A program made the position numbers and the translations under genes. A stretch of DNA of 64,000 bases. Origin: Alphaproteobacteria bacterium (lineage in GTDB: Bacteria; Pseudomonadota; Alphaproteobacteria; CALKHQ01). How positions within the stretch are numbered: the first letter of the stretch is position 1; the number at the start of each line of letters is the position of its first letter. Under the pieces are notes generated by a model, which saw only the letters and a program-made list of their open reading frames with translations, searched no databases and was not told where the DNA came from. The DNA is taken from assembly GCA_041396705.1 (NCBI GenBank), contig JAWKYB010000003.1, forward strand, positions 28,985 to 92,984, in the 5' to 3' direction. Below, piece by piece: positions 1-9,434 of the stretch.

Positions 1-1
1 C

Positions 2-3000
2 GACAACGACGACGACACCATCTCGACGGGCGGCGGCGACGTCACCATCCTGGCCAACGTGCTCACCTTCGCGCAGAGCAACACGCTCAACCCCGGCGAG
101 ATCGTGATCAATGCCGGCAGCGGCAAGGTGCAGTTCGACCGGGTCGACCCGGGCGAGTTCAGCCTGGGCGACGACAACGGCGGCACCCATCTGAGCCAGG
201 CGGAGATCCGCGCGATCCGCGCCGGTGTGCTGGTGGTCGGCGAGGGCGGCGGCGACCAGATCGCCAACCACGACGTGCAGGTCAACCTGATCAACGTCGC
301 CAACGTCAACACGAACCTTAGTAGTGCCATCAGCGGCCAGGTCCGTCTGTACGCGCTGGAGGGCAACAACGGCGACGTCGAGTTCAGCGGCGCCAACACT
401 TTCGTTTCGCTGGCGGCGTTTGCCGACGACAACGTGCTGCTGCTTGACGATGGCATTATCAGCATCACCGGCGGCGTCGGCGCGATCGCCGCACTGGCGG
501 CCGGCGACAACATCGAACTGCGCGCACGCACCTTGGTCACCACGAATGGCGGGGCGGTATCGCTGGGCGCCGGCACCAACGAGTCGACCGACACGGTGCT
601 GCTCGACGGCGACGTCACCACCAACGGCGGCCGGTTCTCGTCTGTGAGCAGGGACTTCATCATCGACGACGACGGCGACACGCTCTCGACCGCCGGTGGC
701 AAGGTCGAGATCCAGACCGACAGTATCGACATCGACAGCAACAACGCCGCGGTGGCGGCGATCGACGCCGGCAACGGCTCGGTCTACTTCTATCGTACCA
801 CGCCGGGCACGGTCGGCCTGGGCCAGGCGGCCGGCCAGTTCCAGCTGACCCAGGGCGAGATCGACCAGATCAACGCCCACGACCTGACCATCGGCGACCC
901 GGACAACGGCATCGTCGGCGACGACCTCAACGGCCACAGCAACCAGATCACCGACATCGCGCTGCTGAACGTCGACTTCACCGACAACGGTGCCAACGAC
1001 CAGGGCATCTCGACGCTGGTGCGGCTGTTCGCGCTGCGCGCGCCGGAGAGCGCCGACATCACGATGACGGGCAACATCATCGTGCCGCAGCTGCGCGCCC
1101 AGGCGAACGATCAGGTCATCGTCAACGCCTCGGGCAACCTCAATCCGGCCCTGCTCAGCGAACTGGGCACGATCCACCTGATCGCCCAGGCCGGCGCCAC
1201 CCAGCCGGGGCTGACGATCAACGGCGCGATCACGGCGGCGACCAACTTCCACGCCGACTCGCAGCAGGTCAGCCTCGACGCCAACATTATCGCCCCGGGC
1301 GGCATCACCGGCAGCGCCCAGCTGGTCACCGTGGTCGGCGCGACCAACGGCGCGCAGATCAACGACGCGCTCGGCATGATCACGACCAGCGCGACACCGG
1401 GCTCGCCGGCGCATGTCAACGTCGGCGACGGCATCTACAACGAAGCCGTGGTGGTGACCAAGAACAACGTGGTCCTGACCGGCGGCCTCGGCGCGATCGT
1501 GCAGCCGGCCAGCCCCGGCTTCACCATCAACGCCACCGGCGTCACCATCGACGGCTTCAGCTATTCCGGCACCGGCGGCGATTCAGCCATTCTGCTCACC
1601 GGAGCGGCGGACGACGTGATCATCCGCAACGGTGCCATCACCGGGACCTCCGGCGCGGCCGCCGCCGGGATCGAAGTCGACGTCACGGTGACAGCAGCGC
1701 TCGACCTGACTGTCGACAACGTGACGATGACCGGCGTTAGCGGTTTCGGGATCAGGATCGACCCGGCGCTGAATGGCGCCAACATTGCGATCACCGGCAG
1801 CACGGTCGCCGGGGCGGCCGACGGCATCCGCTTCGCCAACATCACCGACTCGACGGTGTCGATCGGCGGCCTGCTGCTCGGCGACGGCAACAGCATCACT
1901 GGCGGCGGCACCGGCATCGCCACCGGCAGCATCAGTGGCGGCAGCTTCGTCGTCGCCGGCAACAGCTTGGTGCGCGGCTCCTCGGGCTTTGTCTTCGGCG
2001 CGCTGTCGAACAACGCGCTGGTGGCCATCGTGAACAACAACGAGATCCGCGGGACGGTCGTCGATGGCATTGGCATTCTGCAGGTCACCGACAGCACGGT
2101 GGCCATCGCCGGCAACGCCGGCATCTTCGGCAACGACGACGGCATCTTCGTCAGCAACGCGATCGCCAACTCCAGCTTCACCGTTGGCAGCACGAATGTG
2201 ACGATCGGCGGCACGCCGACGGCCTTCGTCGGCAATGGCACCATCCAGGGCCAGAACGACGGCTTCGACATCGACAGGATCGACAACAGCGTATTCAGGG
2301 TGGCCGACAACACCCTGATCCGCGGCGTCAACGGTGATGGCTTCGAGTTCGACAACCTGATCCAGAACGGCGCGAGCATCGAGATCGTCGGCAACGACGA
2401 GGTTCGCGGCGGCACGCGTGCCATCCATTTCGAGCAGGCGATCACCGACAGCAGCGTCACCATTGCCGGCAACACCACGATGCTGGGCGACGCCAACGAT
2501 GGCATCCGCTTCAGCGGCACGCTGACCGGCGACACCGTGCTGATCGGCGGCTTGGCGGGGTCCGACGCCAACAGCATCCGCGGCGCCCAGGGCGGCATCT
2601 TCGCCGGCAACATCGCCGGCGGCAGCTTCCTCGTCATCGGTAACACCCTGGTCCGCGGCGACACCCAGGAGGGCATCCTGACCGGCGTGCTCTCCGCCGG
2701 CCTGACGTTCGGCATCGCCGGCAATTCCGAGATTCGCGGCGGAATCGACGCCATCGGCATCGGTCAGGTGGTCGGCAGCAGCACGGTGGCGATCGCGGAC
2801 AACTTCCTGATCGAGGGCGAAAGCGGCGACGGCGTGTTCGTCTCGACCGACATCACGGATTCCGTGTTCCGGGTCGGGTCCGCCACCCTCACGGTCGGGG
2901 GCATTCCGACACTGTTCGGCGGCAACGGGACGATCCGCGGACACGAGAACGCCTTCGACATCGACCAGATCGTCAACAGCACGTTCGCGATTACCAACAA

Positions 3001-4942
3001 CGCGCTGGTCCAGGGCGTGACGCAGGAAGCGATCCAGTTCGACAACACGATCGGCGGCGGCGCGAACATCGAGGTCCGGTCGAACACCACGGTCCACGGC
3101 GCCACCGACGGCATCGCCTTCCAGCAGACGGTGACCGACAGCACCGTCACGATTGCCGGCAACGTGATCGCCGGCGACAGCGAGAACGGCATCCGCTTTG
3201 CCGCAGCGCTGACCGGCGACACCGTGCTGATCGGCGGCCTCGGCGCGGGCGATGCCAATAACATCGCTGGCGGCAAGGTCGGCCTCGTCACGGGCAACAT
3301 CGACGGGGGCAGCTTCGTCGTCGCCGGCAACGCGCTGATCAAGGGCACGCTGTTCTCCGGCATCCAGATCGGGGCGCTCAGCAACGGCCTGCTCTTCGGC
3401 ATCGTCGGCAACACCGAGATCCGCGGCGTCGGCCTCGACGGCATCGACGTGCTGCAGGTCAACGGCAGCACGGTCGCCATCGCCGGCAACGACGGGATCT
3501 TCGGCGACGCCGACGACGGCATCTTCATCGGCAATGGAGTCTTCGACTCCACATTCATCGTCGGCACCGCGACGGTGGACGTCGCCGGAACGCCAACCGT
3601 CTTCGGCGGCAACGGCCAGATCGTCGCCAGGAACGACGGCATGGACATCGATCGGATCGACAACAGCACGTTCCGCATCGCCGACAACACGCTGATCCGC
3701 GGCACGGCCGGCGAGGGTCTGGAATTCGACAACACGATCCAGAACGGCGCGGTCGTCGAGGTAGCGGGCAATGTCGACATCCTTGGCGCGACGAGCGGCA
3801 TCGCGTTCCAGGCCAGCATCACCGGTGGCAGCGTGCTGATCGACCGGAACGGGACGGCCGACCAGAACGGGGCGCCCTATGACGGCACCGCACCGGTGGA
3901 CCTGGCAACCTTCGTGCCGACCGGCTCGATTGCCGGCGCCAGCGGCGCGGCCGTGTCGTTCTCCGACATCGCCGGCGATGCGGCGGTGACGGTTTCGCGC
4001 AACATCCTGACCGGCAGCCAGATCGGGGTCCTGTTCGGCACCGTAAGCTCAACCGGTACCACCGCGGTGCACAACAACTTCGTGCTGAACAACCTGTTCG
4101 ACGGCCTGCGCTTCGAAGGCAACGTGACCGGACGGGTCGAGGTGTTCCAGAACTTCATCGCCGACAACATCGATGACGGTATTGAGATCTCCGTCGGCGC
4201 CGATGTCGGCGCCGGCAACCTCGTGATCCAGCAGAACTTCCTGCCCGGCGCCGGTTTCCTCAACGGCAACGGCGGCTTTGCGGTCAAGCACGGCGGCACC
4301 GGCACCATCGACATCGAAGGCAACTGGTGGGGCTCGATCGCGGCCGCCGACATCGCCACCGTGCTGGACAACGTGCCGCTGCCGGCGCTGGTGGTGGCGA
4401 CCGGTGACGATACCAACGTGCCGGGCGTGCTCGGCGTGACCGGGCTGGACCCGTTCGCTTTCCAGAACGCGGTGCTGGTCGGGCCGTTCGTGCCTGGCGG
4501 CGGCGAAGTGCTGGGCTTCCTGGCCCAGGCGCTGCTGGTCGGTGTCCTGGAGCAGTCGTCAGGCGAGGCGACCCCGGGCGACCGCGTCGCCGGCCGGGCC
4601 GGTCCGGATGCCGGCAACGTCTTCACCAACGTGTTCGGCGAGGCCTACAGCCTGTTCGGTGAGGGCAGCCTGGCCGACCTGGCGCCGGCGGCGGGCGGCG
4701 AGGCCTGCACGCTGAGCCCGGTCGAGGGCGGCGTGTCGCTGGGTTGCGGCGCCGGCGGCGGTGGCGGCGGCACCGGCGAGGGCGGCCTGCCGAACCTGGA
4801 GCCGGCCGCGGGCGGTGCGCCGGCAATCGACCCGGGCCTGAACCTGCAGGACCTGCTGAACATGTGGCTGTTCAACTTCGGCACGCCGCTTGACGGCCCG
4901 GTCGCCGGGCTGGACGGGGCGGCGGCGGAGGAGGGCGCCTAA
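2..4942 (+). CDS. Giant secreted-type parallel beta-helix (PbH1/NosD-like) repeat protein, 5' partial. The reading frame is open from the window start; the ORF track begins at 59.
   Basis: 1627+ aa are made almost entirely of about 22-aa beta-helix turns (motifs GNxxIRG, DSTVxIAGN, GIxFxN). The C-terminus is Gly-rich. No stop occurs upstream in frame, so the N-terminus lies outside the window. Confidence 0.75.
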   Translation, partial: DNDDDTISTGGGDVTILANVLTFAQSNTLNPGEIVINAGSGKVQFDRVDPGEFSLGDDNGGTHLSQAEIRAIRAGVLVVGEGGGDQIANHDVQVNLINVANVNTNLSSAISGQVRLYALEGNNGDVEFSGANTFVSLAAFADDNVLLLDDGIISITGGVGAIAALAAGDNIELRARTLVTTNGGAVSLGAGTNESTDTVLLDGDVTTNGGRFSSVSRDFIIDDDGDTLSTAGGKVEIQTDSIDIDSNNAAVAAIDAGNGSVYFYRTTPGTVGLGQAAGQFQLTQGEIDQINAHDLTIGDPDNGIVGDDLNGHSNQITDIALLNVDFTDNGANDQGISTLVRLFALRAPESADITMTGNIIVPQLRAQANDQVIVNASGNLNPALLSELGTIHLIAQAGATQPGLTINGAITAATNFHADSQQVSLDANIIAPGGITGSAQLVTVVGATNGAQINDALGMITTSATPGSPAHVNVGDGIYNEAVVVTKNNVVLTGGLGAIVQPASPGFTINATGVTIDGFSYSGTGGDSAILLTGAADDVIIRNGAITGTSGAAAAGIEVDVTVTAALDLTVDNVTMTGVSGFGIRIDPALNGANIAITGSTVAGAADGIRFANITDSTVSIGGLLLGDGNSITGGGTGIATGSISGGSFVVAGNSLVRGSSGFVFGALSNNALVAIVNNNEIRGTVVDGIGILQVTDSTVAIAGNAGIFGNDDGIFVSNAIANSSFTVGSTNVTIGGTPTAFVGNGTIQGQNDGFDIDRIDNSVFRVADNTLIRGVNGDGFEFDNLIQNGASIEIVGNDEVRGGTRAIHFEQAITDSSVTIAGNTTMLGDANDGIRFSGTLTGDTVLIGGLAGSDANSIRGAQGGIFAGNIAGGSFLVIGNTLVRGDTQEGILTGVLSAGLTFGIAGNSEIRGGIDAIGIGQVVGSSTVAIADNFLIEGESGDGVFVSTDITDSVFRVGSATLTVGGIPTLFGGNGTIRGHENAFDIDQIVNSTFAITNNALVQGVTQEAIQFDNTIGGGANIEVRSNTTVHGATDGIAFQQTVTDSTVTIAGNVIAGDSENGIRFAAALTGDTVLIGGLGAGDANNIAGGKVGLVTGNIDGGSFVVAGNALIKGTLFSGIQIGALSNGLLFGIVGNTEIRGVGLDGIDVLQVNGSTVAIAGNDGIFGDADDGIFIGNGVFDSTFIVGTATVDVAGTPTVFGGNGQIVARNDGMDIDRIDNSTFRIADNTLIRGTAGEGLEFDNTIQNGAVVEVAGNVDILGATSGIAFQASITGGSVLIDRNGTADQNGAPYDGTAPVDLATFVPTGSIAGASGAAVSFSDIAGDAAVTVSRNILTGSQIGVLFGTVSSTGTTAVHNNFVLNNLFDGLRFEGNVTGRVEVFQNFIADNIDDGIEISVGADVGAGNLVIQQNFLPGAGFLNGNGGFAVKHGGTGTIDIEGNWWGSIAAADIATVLDNVPLPALVVATGDDTNVPGVLGVTGLDPFAFQNAVLVGPFVPGGGEVLGFLAQALLVGVLEQSSGEATPGDRVAGRAGPDAGNVFTNVFGEAYSLFGEGSLADLAPAAGGEACTLSPVEGGVSLGCGAGGGGGGTGEGGLPNLEPAAGGAPAIDPGLNLQDLLNMWLFNFGTPLDGPVAGLDGAAAEEGA
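1780..3850 (+). repeat. Three tandem super-repeats of about 690 bp (230 aa) inside the beta-helix gene.
   Basis: Near-identical blocks recur at about 1.8, 2.45 and 3.13 kb, for example TDSTVTIAGN..GDANDGIRFSGTLTGDTVLIGGL and FDIDRIDNS.FR.ADNTLIRG. Confidence 0.7.
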
Positions 4943-5478
4943 GCCGGGTCGCCGGCGATCAGCTTCGCGGCGGCGTCCATCATCCGGCGCAGGTTGCGCG
5001 GCACGATCACCGTGACCACGCTCTCGACGAAGCCGGCGACCTGACGCTCGAGCGGGCCGGCAACGGCCCGCAGGGCGCCGGGCGCCAGCTCGAACCGGCC
5101 GGCGAAGGTGACGCGCGTGCCGCGTCCGCCCATCGCCGGCTCGAACGCCGTGCTGCCATCGCAGCGGATCTTGTCGGGCAGCACCGACGGTTCGATCTGC
5201 CAGCGGCAGATTCGCGCCGCCTCGTCCCAGCTGTTGCGATCGATCCAGCTGACCGCGTCCGCGCCCAGCGGCTTGTGCAGGAAACCGGGGATACGCTGGC
5301 CGGAACGCCAGCGGTTGACCAGGCGGACGCATGCCGGGTCTGCATCGTCGCGTTCGACCACCTCGATGCTGTCGATGTCGTCGATCATCGCCGCCAGCTC
5401 CGGCAGGCGGTCGCGCACGGTGCGCCACAAGGCGTCGGGCGGCTGCTTGACCACGACGGTGTCGCGGAATTCCTTCAT
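4939..5478 (-). CDS. SRPBCC (START/polyketide-cyclase-like) ligand-binding domain protein, 179 aa.
   Basis: The protein begins MKEFRDTVVVKQPPDALWRTV.. with a typical SRPBCC layout. Its ATG overlaps the stop of the upstream epimerase as ATGA. Its stop overlaps the stop of the convergent beta-helix gene. Confidence 0.6.
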   Translation of the reverse strand: MKEFRDTVVVKQPPDALWRTVRDRLPELAAMIDDIDSIEVVERDDADPACVRLVNRWRSGQRIPGFLHKPLGADAVSWIDRNSWDEAARICRWQIEPSVLPDKIRCDGSTAFEPAMGGRGTRVTFAGRFELAPGALRAVAGPLERQVAGFVESVVTVIVPRNLRRMMDAAAKLIAGDPA

Positions 5479-6551
5479 GCCGCACCCGCAGCAGGCAGGG
5501 CCGCGGCAGCCCCGCGATGGCGCACGGCATAGACGTCGTCGTGCAGGCGCAGGCCGGCGCGGACCTCGCGGGAAACATGCGGGCTCGCCGCCAGCCAGGA
5601 GATCGCCTCGGCCAGTGCGGCGCGGGCTGGGTGCGGCCGGTAGCCGAGCGCCCGGGCGCGGGCGTCGTCGTACCAGTACCAGCGGCCAACCATGGCGGCC
5701 TGGTCGCGGGTGGTCAGCGGCCGGCGCCGGCGCGCCCGGGCGACCGCCTCCTCGGTCGCGGCGGCGAGATAGGCGGCGCCGTGGGTGAGGGAAAGCCGGG
5801 GCGGCGCCACGCCGGCCAGCTCGGCGACGAGGCCATGGAGCTGCGGCCATGCCAGGTTCTCGCCGCCGAGGAGATAGGCGGCACCGGGCGTCCCGCGCAG
5901 TGCCAGCAGCCGGTGGCCGGCCGCGACATCGGCCGCCGCGGCGATATTGCAGCCGCCCGGCCAGGTCAGCCGCAGCGGGTCGGCCAGATAGGCGACGACC
6001 AGGCCGTTGCTGGGGCCGAGCGCGGTGCCGTGCGGCCCCACCGTCACGGTCGGGCAGGCCGCGACCAGATCGAGGCCGAGCGCCTCGGCCTGAGCGAAGG
6101 CCCGGGCGTGCTGGCGCACCTTGGCGCGGACATAGGCGTTGGCGTCGCTGTCCTGGGCAAGCGCCGCGGTCTCGTCGCGTGCCGCCAGCCGGTCGCTGTG
6201 GCCGTAGACCACGGACGACGAGGTCAGCACCACGCGGCCGACGCCAGCCCGGCGCGCGGCCGCCAGCACGCTGTCGGTGGCGGCCAGCGCTTCGTCGAGC
6301 TCGCGTTCGCGGCGACGGTCGTAGGTGAAGTGCATCGCGGTGTGGAACAACACGTCGACGCCGGCGAGGGTGGCGGCGAGGGCGTCCGCGTCCGCCAGCG
6401 CCAGCCGGCGGATGTCGACGTCGACGCCGCCAAGCGCGGCAAGGTCGCTGCTCGGTCGGGCAATGGCCAGCACATCGTCGCCGGCGGCCAGCAGGCAGCG
6501 CACCAGGTTGGCGCCGATCAGCCCGCCGGCGCCGGTGACCGCCGCCTTCAT
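5475..6551 (-). CDS. NAD-dependent epimerase/dehydratase family protein (HpnA-like sugar epimerase type), 358 aa.
   Basis: MKAAVTGAGGLIGANLVRCLL is an N-terminal Rossmann GxxGxxG. The SDR-extended fold is present. The gene is translationally coupled on both sides. Confidence 0.8.
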   Translation of the reverse strand: MKAAVTGAGGLIGANLVRCLLAAGDDVLAIARPSSDLAALGGVDVDIRRLALADADALAATLAGVDVLFHTAMHFTYDRRRERELDEALAATDSVLAAARRAGVGRVVLTSSSVVYGHSDRLAARDETAALAQDSDANAYVRAKVRQHARAFAQAEALGLDLVAACPTVTVGPHGTALGPSNGLVVAYLADPLRLTWPGGCNIAAAADVAAGHRLLALRGTPGAAYLLGGENLAWPQLHGLVAELAGVAPPRLSLTHGAAYLAAATEEAVARARRRRPLTTRDQAAMVGRWYWYDDARARALGYRPHPARAALAEAISWLAASPHVSREVRAGLRLHDDVYAVRHRGAAAALPAAGAA

Positions 6552-8722
6552 GTCAACGCCTCCGCCAGCCGGGCCGGCGCCGCGATGCCGTCGCGGGCGA
6601 CAGCGGCGGCAAGGTCGCTGATGAACGCACCGAACGCCGCGACGGCAGCCTGCCATTGCGCCGCTGCGCCGGCCGTGTCCGCCTCCGCGTTCGCCCCGGC
6701 GGGACCGACGAAATGGCGGAATCCATCGTCGTCGATGCGGTCGGGCTCGCCGGCACCGCCCGGCATCGCCAACCCGCCGCGCCGGGCCAGCACGCCCTCC
6801 AGCTTTTCGCCGAGCGCGACCGCGAGCCGTTCGATCGCCTCGGCCGGCAGCGCCTCGGTGTCGCGCGGATGCGCCGGTTCGTGCCAGTCGCGGCCGATGT
6901 GCACCGCGCGGCCTTCGACCAGCGCCTCGAAATTGGCCAGCGTGCGATCGAAGAAGGTCTTGTAGGCGTGGGTGACCAGCGCCGCCTTCAACGCCGGGGC
7001 GAGGTCCAGGTTCACCGCCTGCCAGAACGGCGGCAGCGTGAACAGCTGCCGGCCGGCGATGCGGACGGCGGTGCCGCGGGCGCTGCGGGTGAAGGTGACC
7101 ACGCCGTCGTCGTGGACGGCGGAGCCGTTCGCACTGGCGATGGTCTTCCAGTACATGCGATGGCGATCGGCGCCATAGTCGCAGATCTCGATCTTGCCGA
7201 CGTCGATCGGCTTGCCCTGGTACAGGACCAGGTCGTTGGGCTGCGGCAGGTAGAGATTGCGTTCGACCTGGCGCAGCACGCGCCCCTGGCGGTCGCGCGC
7301 GGTCGGCACCACCACGCCGCCGACATAGTCGTTCATGAACTGGATGGTGCGGGCGACGTCGACCCGGGCGACGAACAGGTCGAACGGAATCGGCAGGTCG
7401 CGCGCGTAGCTGAAAACGGTGGCACCGTCGACCTCGCGCCAGGTCAGGTCCTCCGCCGCCGGCGCGACGCCGTCGAGCAGGGCGGCCAACCGGTCCAGCT
7501 CCGGCCGGATCGCGGCATAGTCGGCGGCGCGGTAGACGGCAGGATCGAAGCCGAGCGGCACGACCCGGCGGCGGATCGCATCCTTGTCGAACAGCACCCG
7601 CCAGCCGTCGAGCCACTGGCCGGCGGCGCTGATGGCGGCATTGGCCAGCACCAGCAGCGACAGCGCCAGCGGGTCGTCGTCGGTGCCGGCGAAGAACCGG
7701 CTGACATGCGGGTTGACCCGGGCGTCGACCACGTTCTTCAAGGGAAACAGCCCGGTATCGAGGGTCTGCAGCCAGGGCGCGACCAGCCGGTCGCCGACCG
7801 GCAGCGCGGCGCGGGCGCGGGCCGCGGCCGTCAGCGCCGGCGGCACGTTGCGCCAGCCCGGCCATGGCGCCAGGCTGCCGTCGACGGTGTAGGGCTCCGG
7901 CAGGCCGATGCCGGCGAACACGCGGTCGGCAAGCGGCGAGCCGTGCGGGTCGAGGCCCATCTTCAGCGCGCCGGCATAGTCGGCGAGGGGCGCGCTGGTG
8001 CTGGCGATCACACAACCGGCGGCGATCGGCTGCGGCGCGCGGGCGCCGCCGCTGCCGTGGGCGGCGGTCACCGCATCGATCACGGCGAAGTGCACCGGCG
8101 TCGCGCGCAGCAGGTCGCAGACCGCGTCACCCGCGTCCATCCGGCGCCGGTAGTAGTGGTCCTTGTCGGCCAACGGTAGCGCGCCGAGCAGGGCGTCGAG
8201 GCACAGTGCATAGGTCTCGCGCTCGTCGGTGCGGGCGCCGGCGACGACGATGCGGAAGCCGGCGTCCAGCCAGCGCCGGGCAAGCGGGCTGCCCCGCAGC
8301 ACGCCGCCGGAAGGGAACGGCGCATCGATCAGGTCCTCGGCCAGGTCGACGACGTCGTAGGCGCGGCCCTGCGGCGTGACATAGCGATAGCCGAGCAGGT
8401 CGGCGCGCACCGCGACGTCGCGGTTCTCGGCCCAGCCGTCGGCGGAATCGGCGGTGCCGCAGAGGGCGACGTCGGTGTAGCCCCGATCGTGCAGCAGGTC
8501 GACCAGGCCCTCGACCAGCGCCGGGTCGGCCGCTGCCGGCGATCCTGCCGCGAAGCCGCCCATGTCGGCGAGGATGAGCACCGGCAAGGCCGCCGGTTCG
8601 ACGGTGCCGTTGCCGCAAACGTCGGCCAGCGCCCGCCACAGTCCCGCCCGCGCGACCGCATCGGCCAGCAGGTCGGACCCCGCCCGGGCCGGGTCCGCGA
8701 CGACGGCGACGGTGGCCGTCAC
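6548..8722 (-). CDS. Large two-domain hypothetical protein, 724 aa. The N-terminal region is DUF362-like.
   Basis: This is a long ORF with a GTG start preceded by AAGGA. It is co-operonic with the epimerase. The domain assignment is tentative. Confidence 0.5.
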   Translation of the reverse strand: MTATVAVVADPARAGSDLLADAVARAGLWRALADVCGNGTVEPAALPVLILADMGGFAAGSPAAADPALVEGLVDLLHDRGYTDVALCGTADSADGWAENRDVAVRADLLGYRYVTPQGRAYDVVDLAEDLIDAPFPSGGVLRGSPLARRWLDAGFRIVVAGARTDERETYALCLDALLGALPLADKDHYYRRRMDAGDAVCDLLRATPVHFAVIDAVTAAHGSGGARAPQPIAAGCVIASTSAPLADYAGALKMGLDPHGSPLADRVFAGIGLPEPYTVDGSLAPWPGWRNVPPALTAAARARAALPVGDRLVAPWLQTLDTGLFPLKNVVDARVNPHVSRFFAGTDDDPLALSLLVLANAAISAAGQWLDGWRVLFDKDAIRRRVVPLGFDPAVYRAADYAAIRPELDRLAALLDGVAPAAEDLTWREVDGATVFSYARDLPIPFDLFVARVDVARTIQFMNDYVGGVVVPTARDRQGRVLRQVERNLYLPQPNDLVLYQGKPIDVGKIEICDYGADRHRMYWKTIASANGSAVHDDGVVTFTRSARGTAVRIAGRQLFTLPPFWQAVNLDLAPALKAALVTHAYKTFFDRTLANFEALVEGRAVHIGRDWHEPAHPRDTEALPAEAIERLAVALGEKLEGVLARRGGLAMPGGAGEPDRIDDDGFRHFVGPAGANAEADTAGAAAQWQAAVAAFGAFISDLAAAVARDGIAAPARLAEALT

Positions 8723-8725
8723 CGT

Positions 8726-9010
8726 TCAGTCCTTGGCGGCCTTCTCGGCCGGCTTGTCGTCGAGGCCGAAGGCGGAGGCGGCCCAGCGCGCATAGTCGAC
8801 CCAGGCCTGCAGCAGGCCCGCTGTCGCCGCCACCGAGCCGCGCACGCCCAGCGCATAGATGTCGCGGGCCAGCGCCTCGGGCGAGGTCTCGCCACGGCCG
8901 AACGCCTGCAACGCGCGGGCATAGGCCTCCAGCGCCTCGCCGCCACGCACGCTGTACGTGCGCAGGCCGTCGCGGCCCACCGTCTTCAGGTCGTCCCAGG
9001 ATGCTGCCAT
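8726..9010 (-). CDS. Small hypothetical protein, 94 aa, first gene of the operon.
   Basis: A strong RBS (GGAGGTG plus 5 nt plus ATG) precedes the start. The stop lies 3 nt before the next GTG start. Confidence 0.5.
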   Translation of the reverse strand: MAASWDDLKTVGRDGLRTYSVRGGEALEAYARALQAFGRGETSPEALARDIYALGVRGSVAATAGLLQAWVDYARWAASAFGLDDKPAEKAAKD

Positions 9011-9086
9011 CGCCCCACCTCCATGTGCCGGTTGCGGGTGCAGGACGGCAAGGTAGCGGGCCGCGGCCGGCTTTCCAACCGGCGCG

Positions 9087-9434
9087 TCAGCGCGCCGCGA
9101 CCACCATCACCTCGACCAGCAGCGTGTCGACCGCCAGCTTCGCCTCGGTGCAGGCCCGCGCCGGCGTGTTGCCGGGTGACACCCAGGCGTCCCACACCGA
9201 GTTCATCGCCGCGAAATCGGCGATGTTGCGCAGCCAGACCTGGGCGCTGAGCAGCTTGGTCTTGTCGGTGCCGGCGGCGGCCAGCAGCCGGTCGACCTTG
9301 GCCAGCACCTGGCGGGTCTGGGTGACCACGTCGGCATTCTGGTCGTCGGCGACCTGGCCGGCGAGATAGACGGTGTCGCCGTGGACGACGCACTGGCTCA
9401 TGCGCGGGCCGACGTCGGATCGCTGGATGGTCAT
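9087..9434 (-). CDS. ridA: RidA/YjgF/TdcF-family reactive-intermediate (imine/enamine) deaminase, 115 aa.
   Basis: MTIQRSDVGPRMSQCVVHGDTVYLAGQVA...VEVMVVAA matches the family. The ATG overlaps the stop of the upstream oxidase as ATGA. Confidence 0.8.
   Translation of the reverse strand: MTIQRSDVGPRMSQCVVHGDTVYLAGQVADDQNADVVTQTRQVLAKVDRLLAAAGTDKTKLLSAQVWLRNIADFAAMNSVWDAWVSPGNTPARACTEAKLAVDTLLVEVMVVAAR

Noticed and set aside
1583-3097. 504 aa and 399 aa ORFs on the minus strand inside the beta-helix gene
   Set aside because: Antisense, Arg/Ala/Pro-rich low-complexity translations typical of high-GC shadow ORFs. The sense strand has a clear repeat-protein reading.
4400-4942. The C-terminus of the beta-helix protein as an RTX/T1SS or autotransporter domain
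   Set aside because: No GGxGxD nonapeptide repeats and no beta-barrel-like amphipathic C-terminus. Gly-rich only.
5475-8015. 846 aa single ORF suggesting a giant fusion protein
   Set aside because: The frame simply stays open upstream of the epimerase start. The epimerase begins at MKAAVTG (6551), and a different-frame 724 aa gene occupies 6548-8722.
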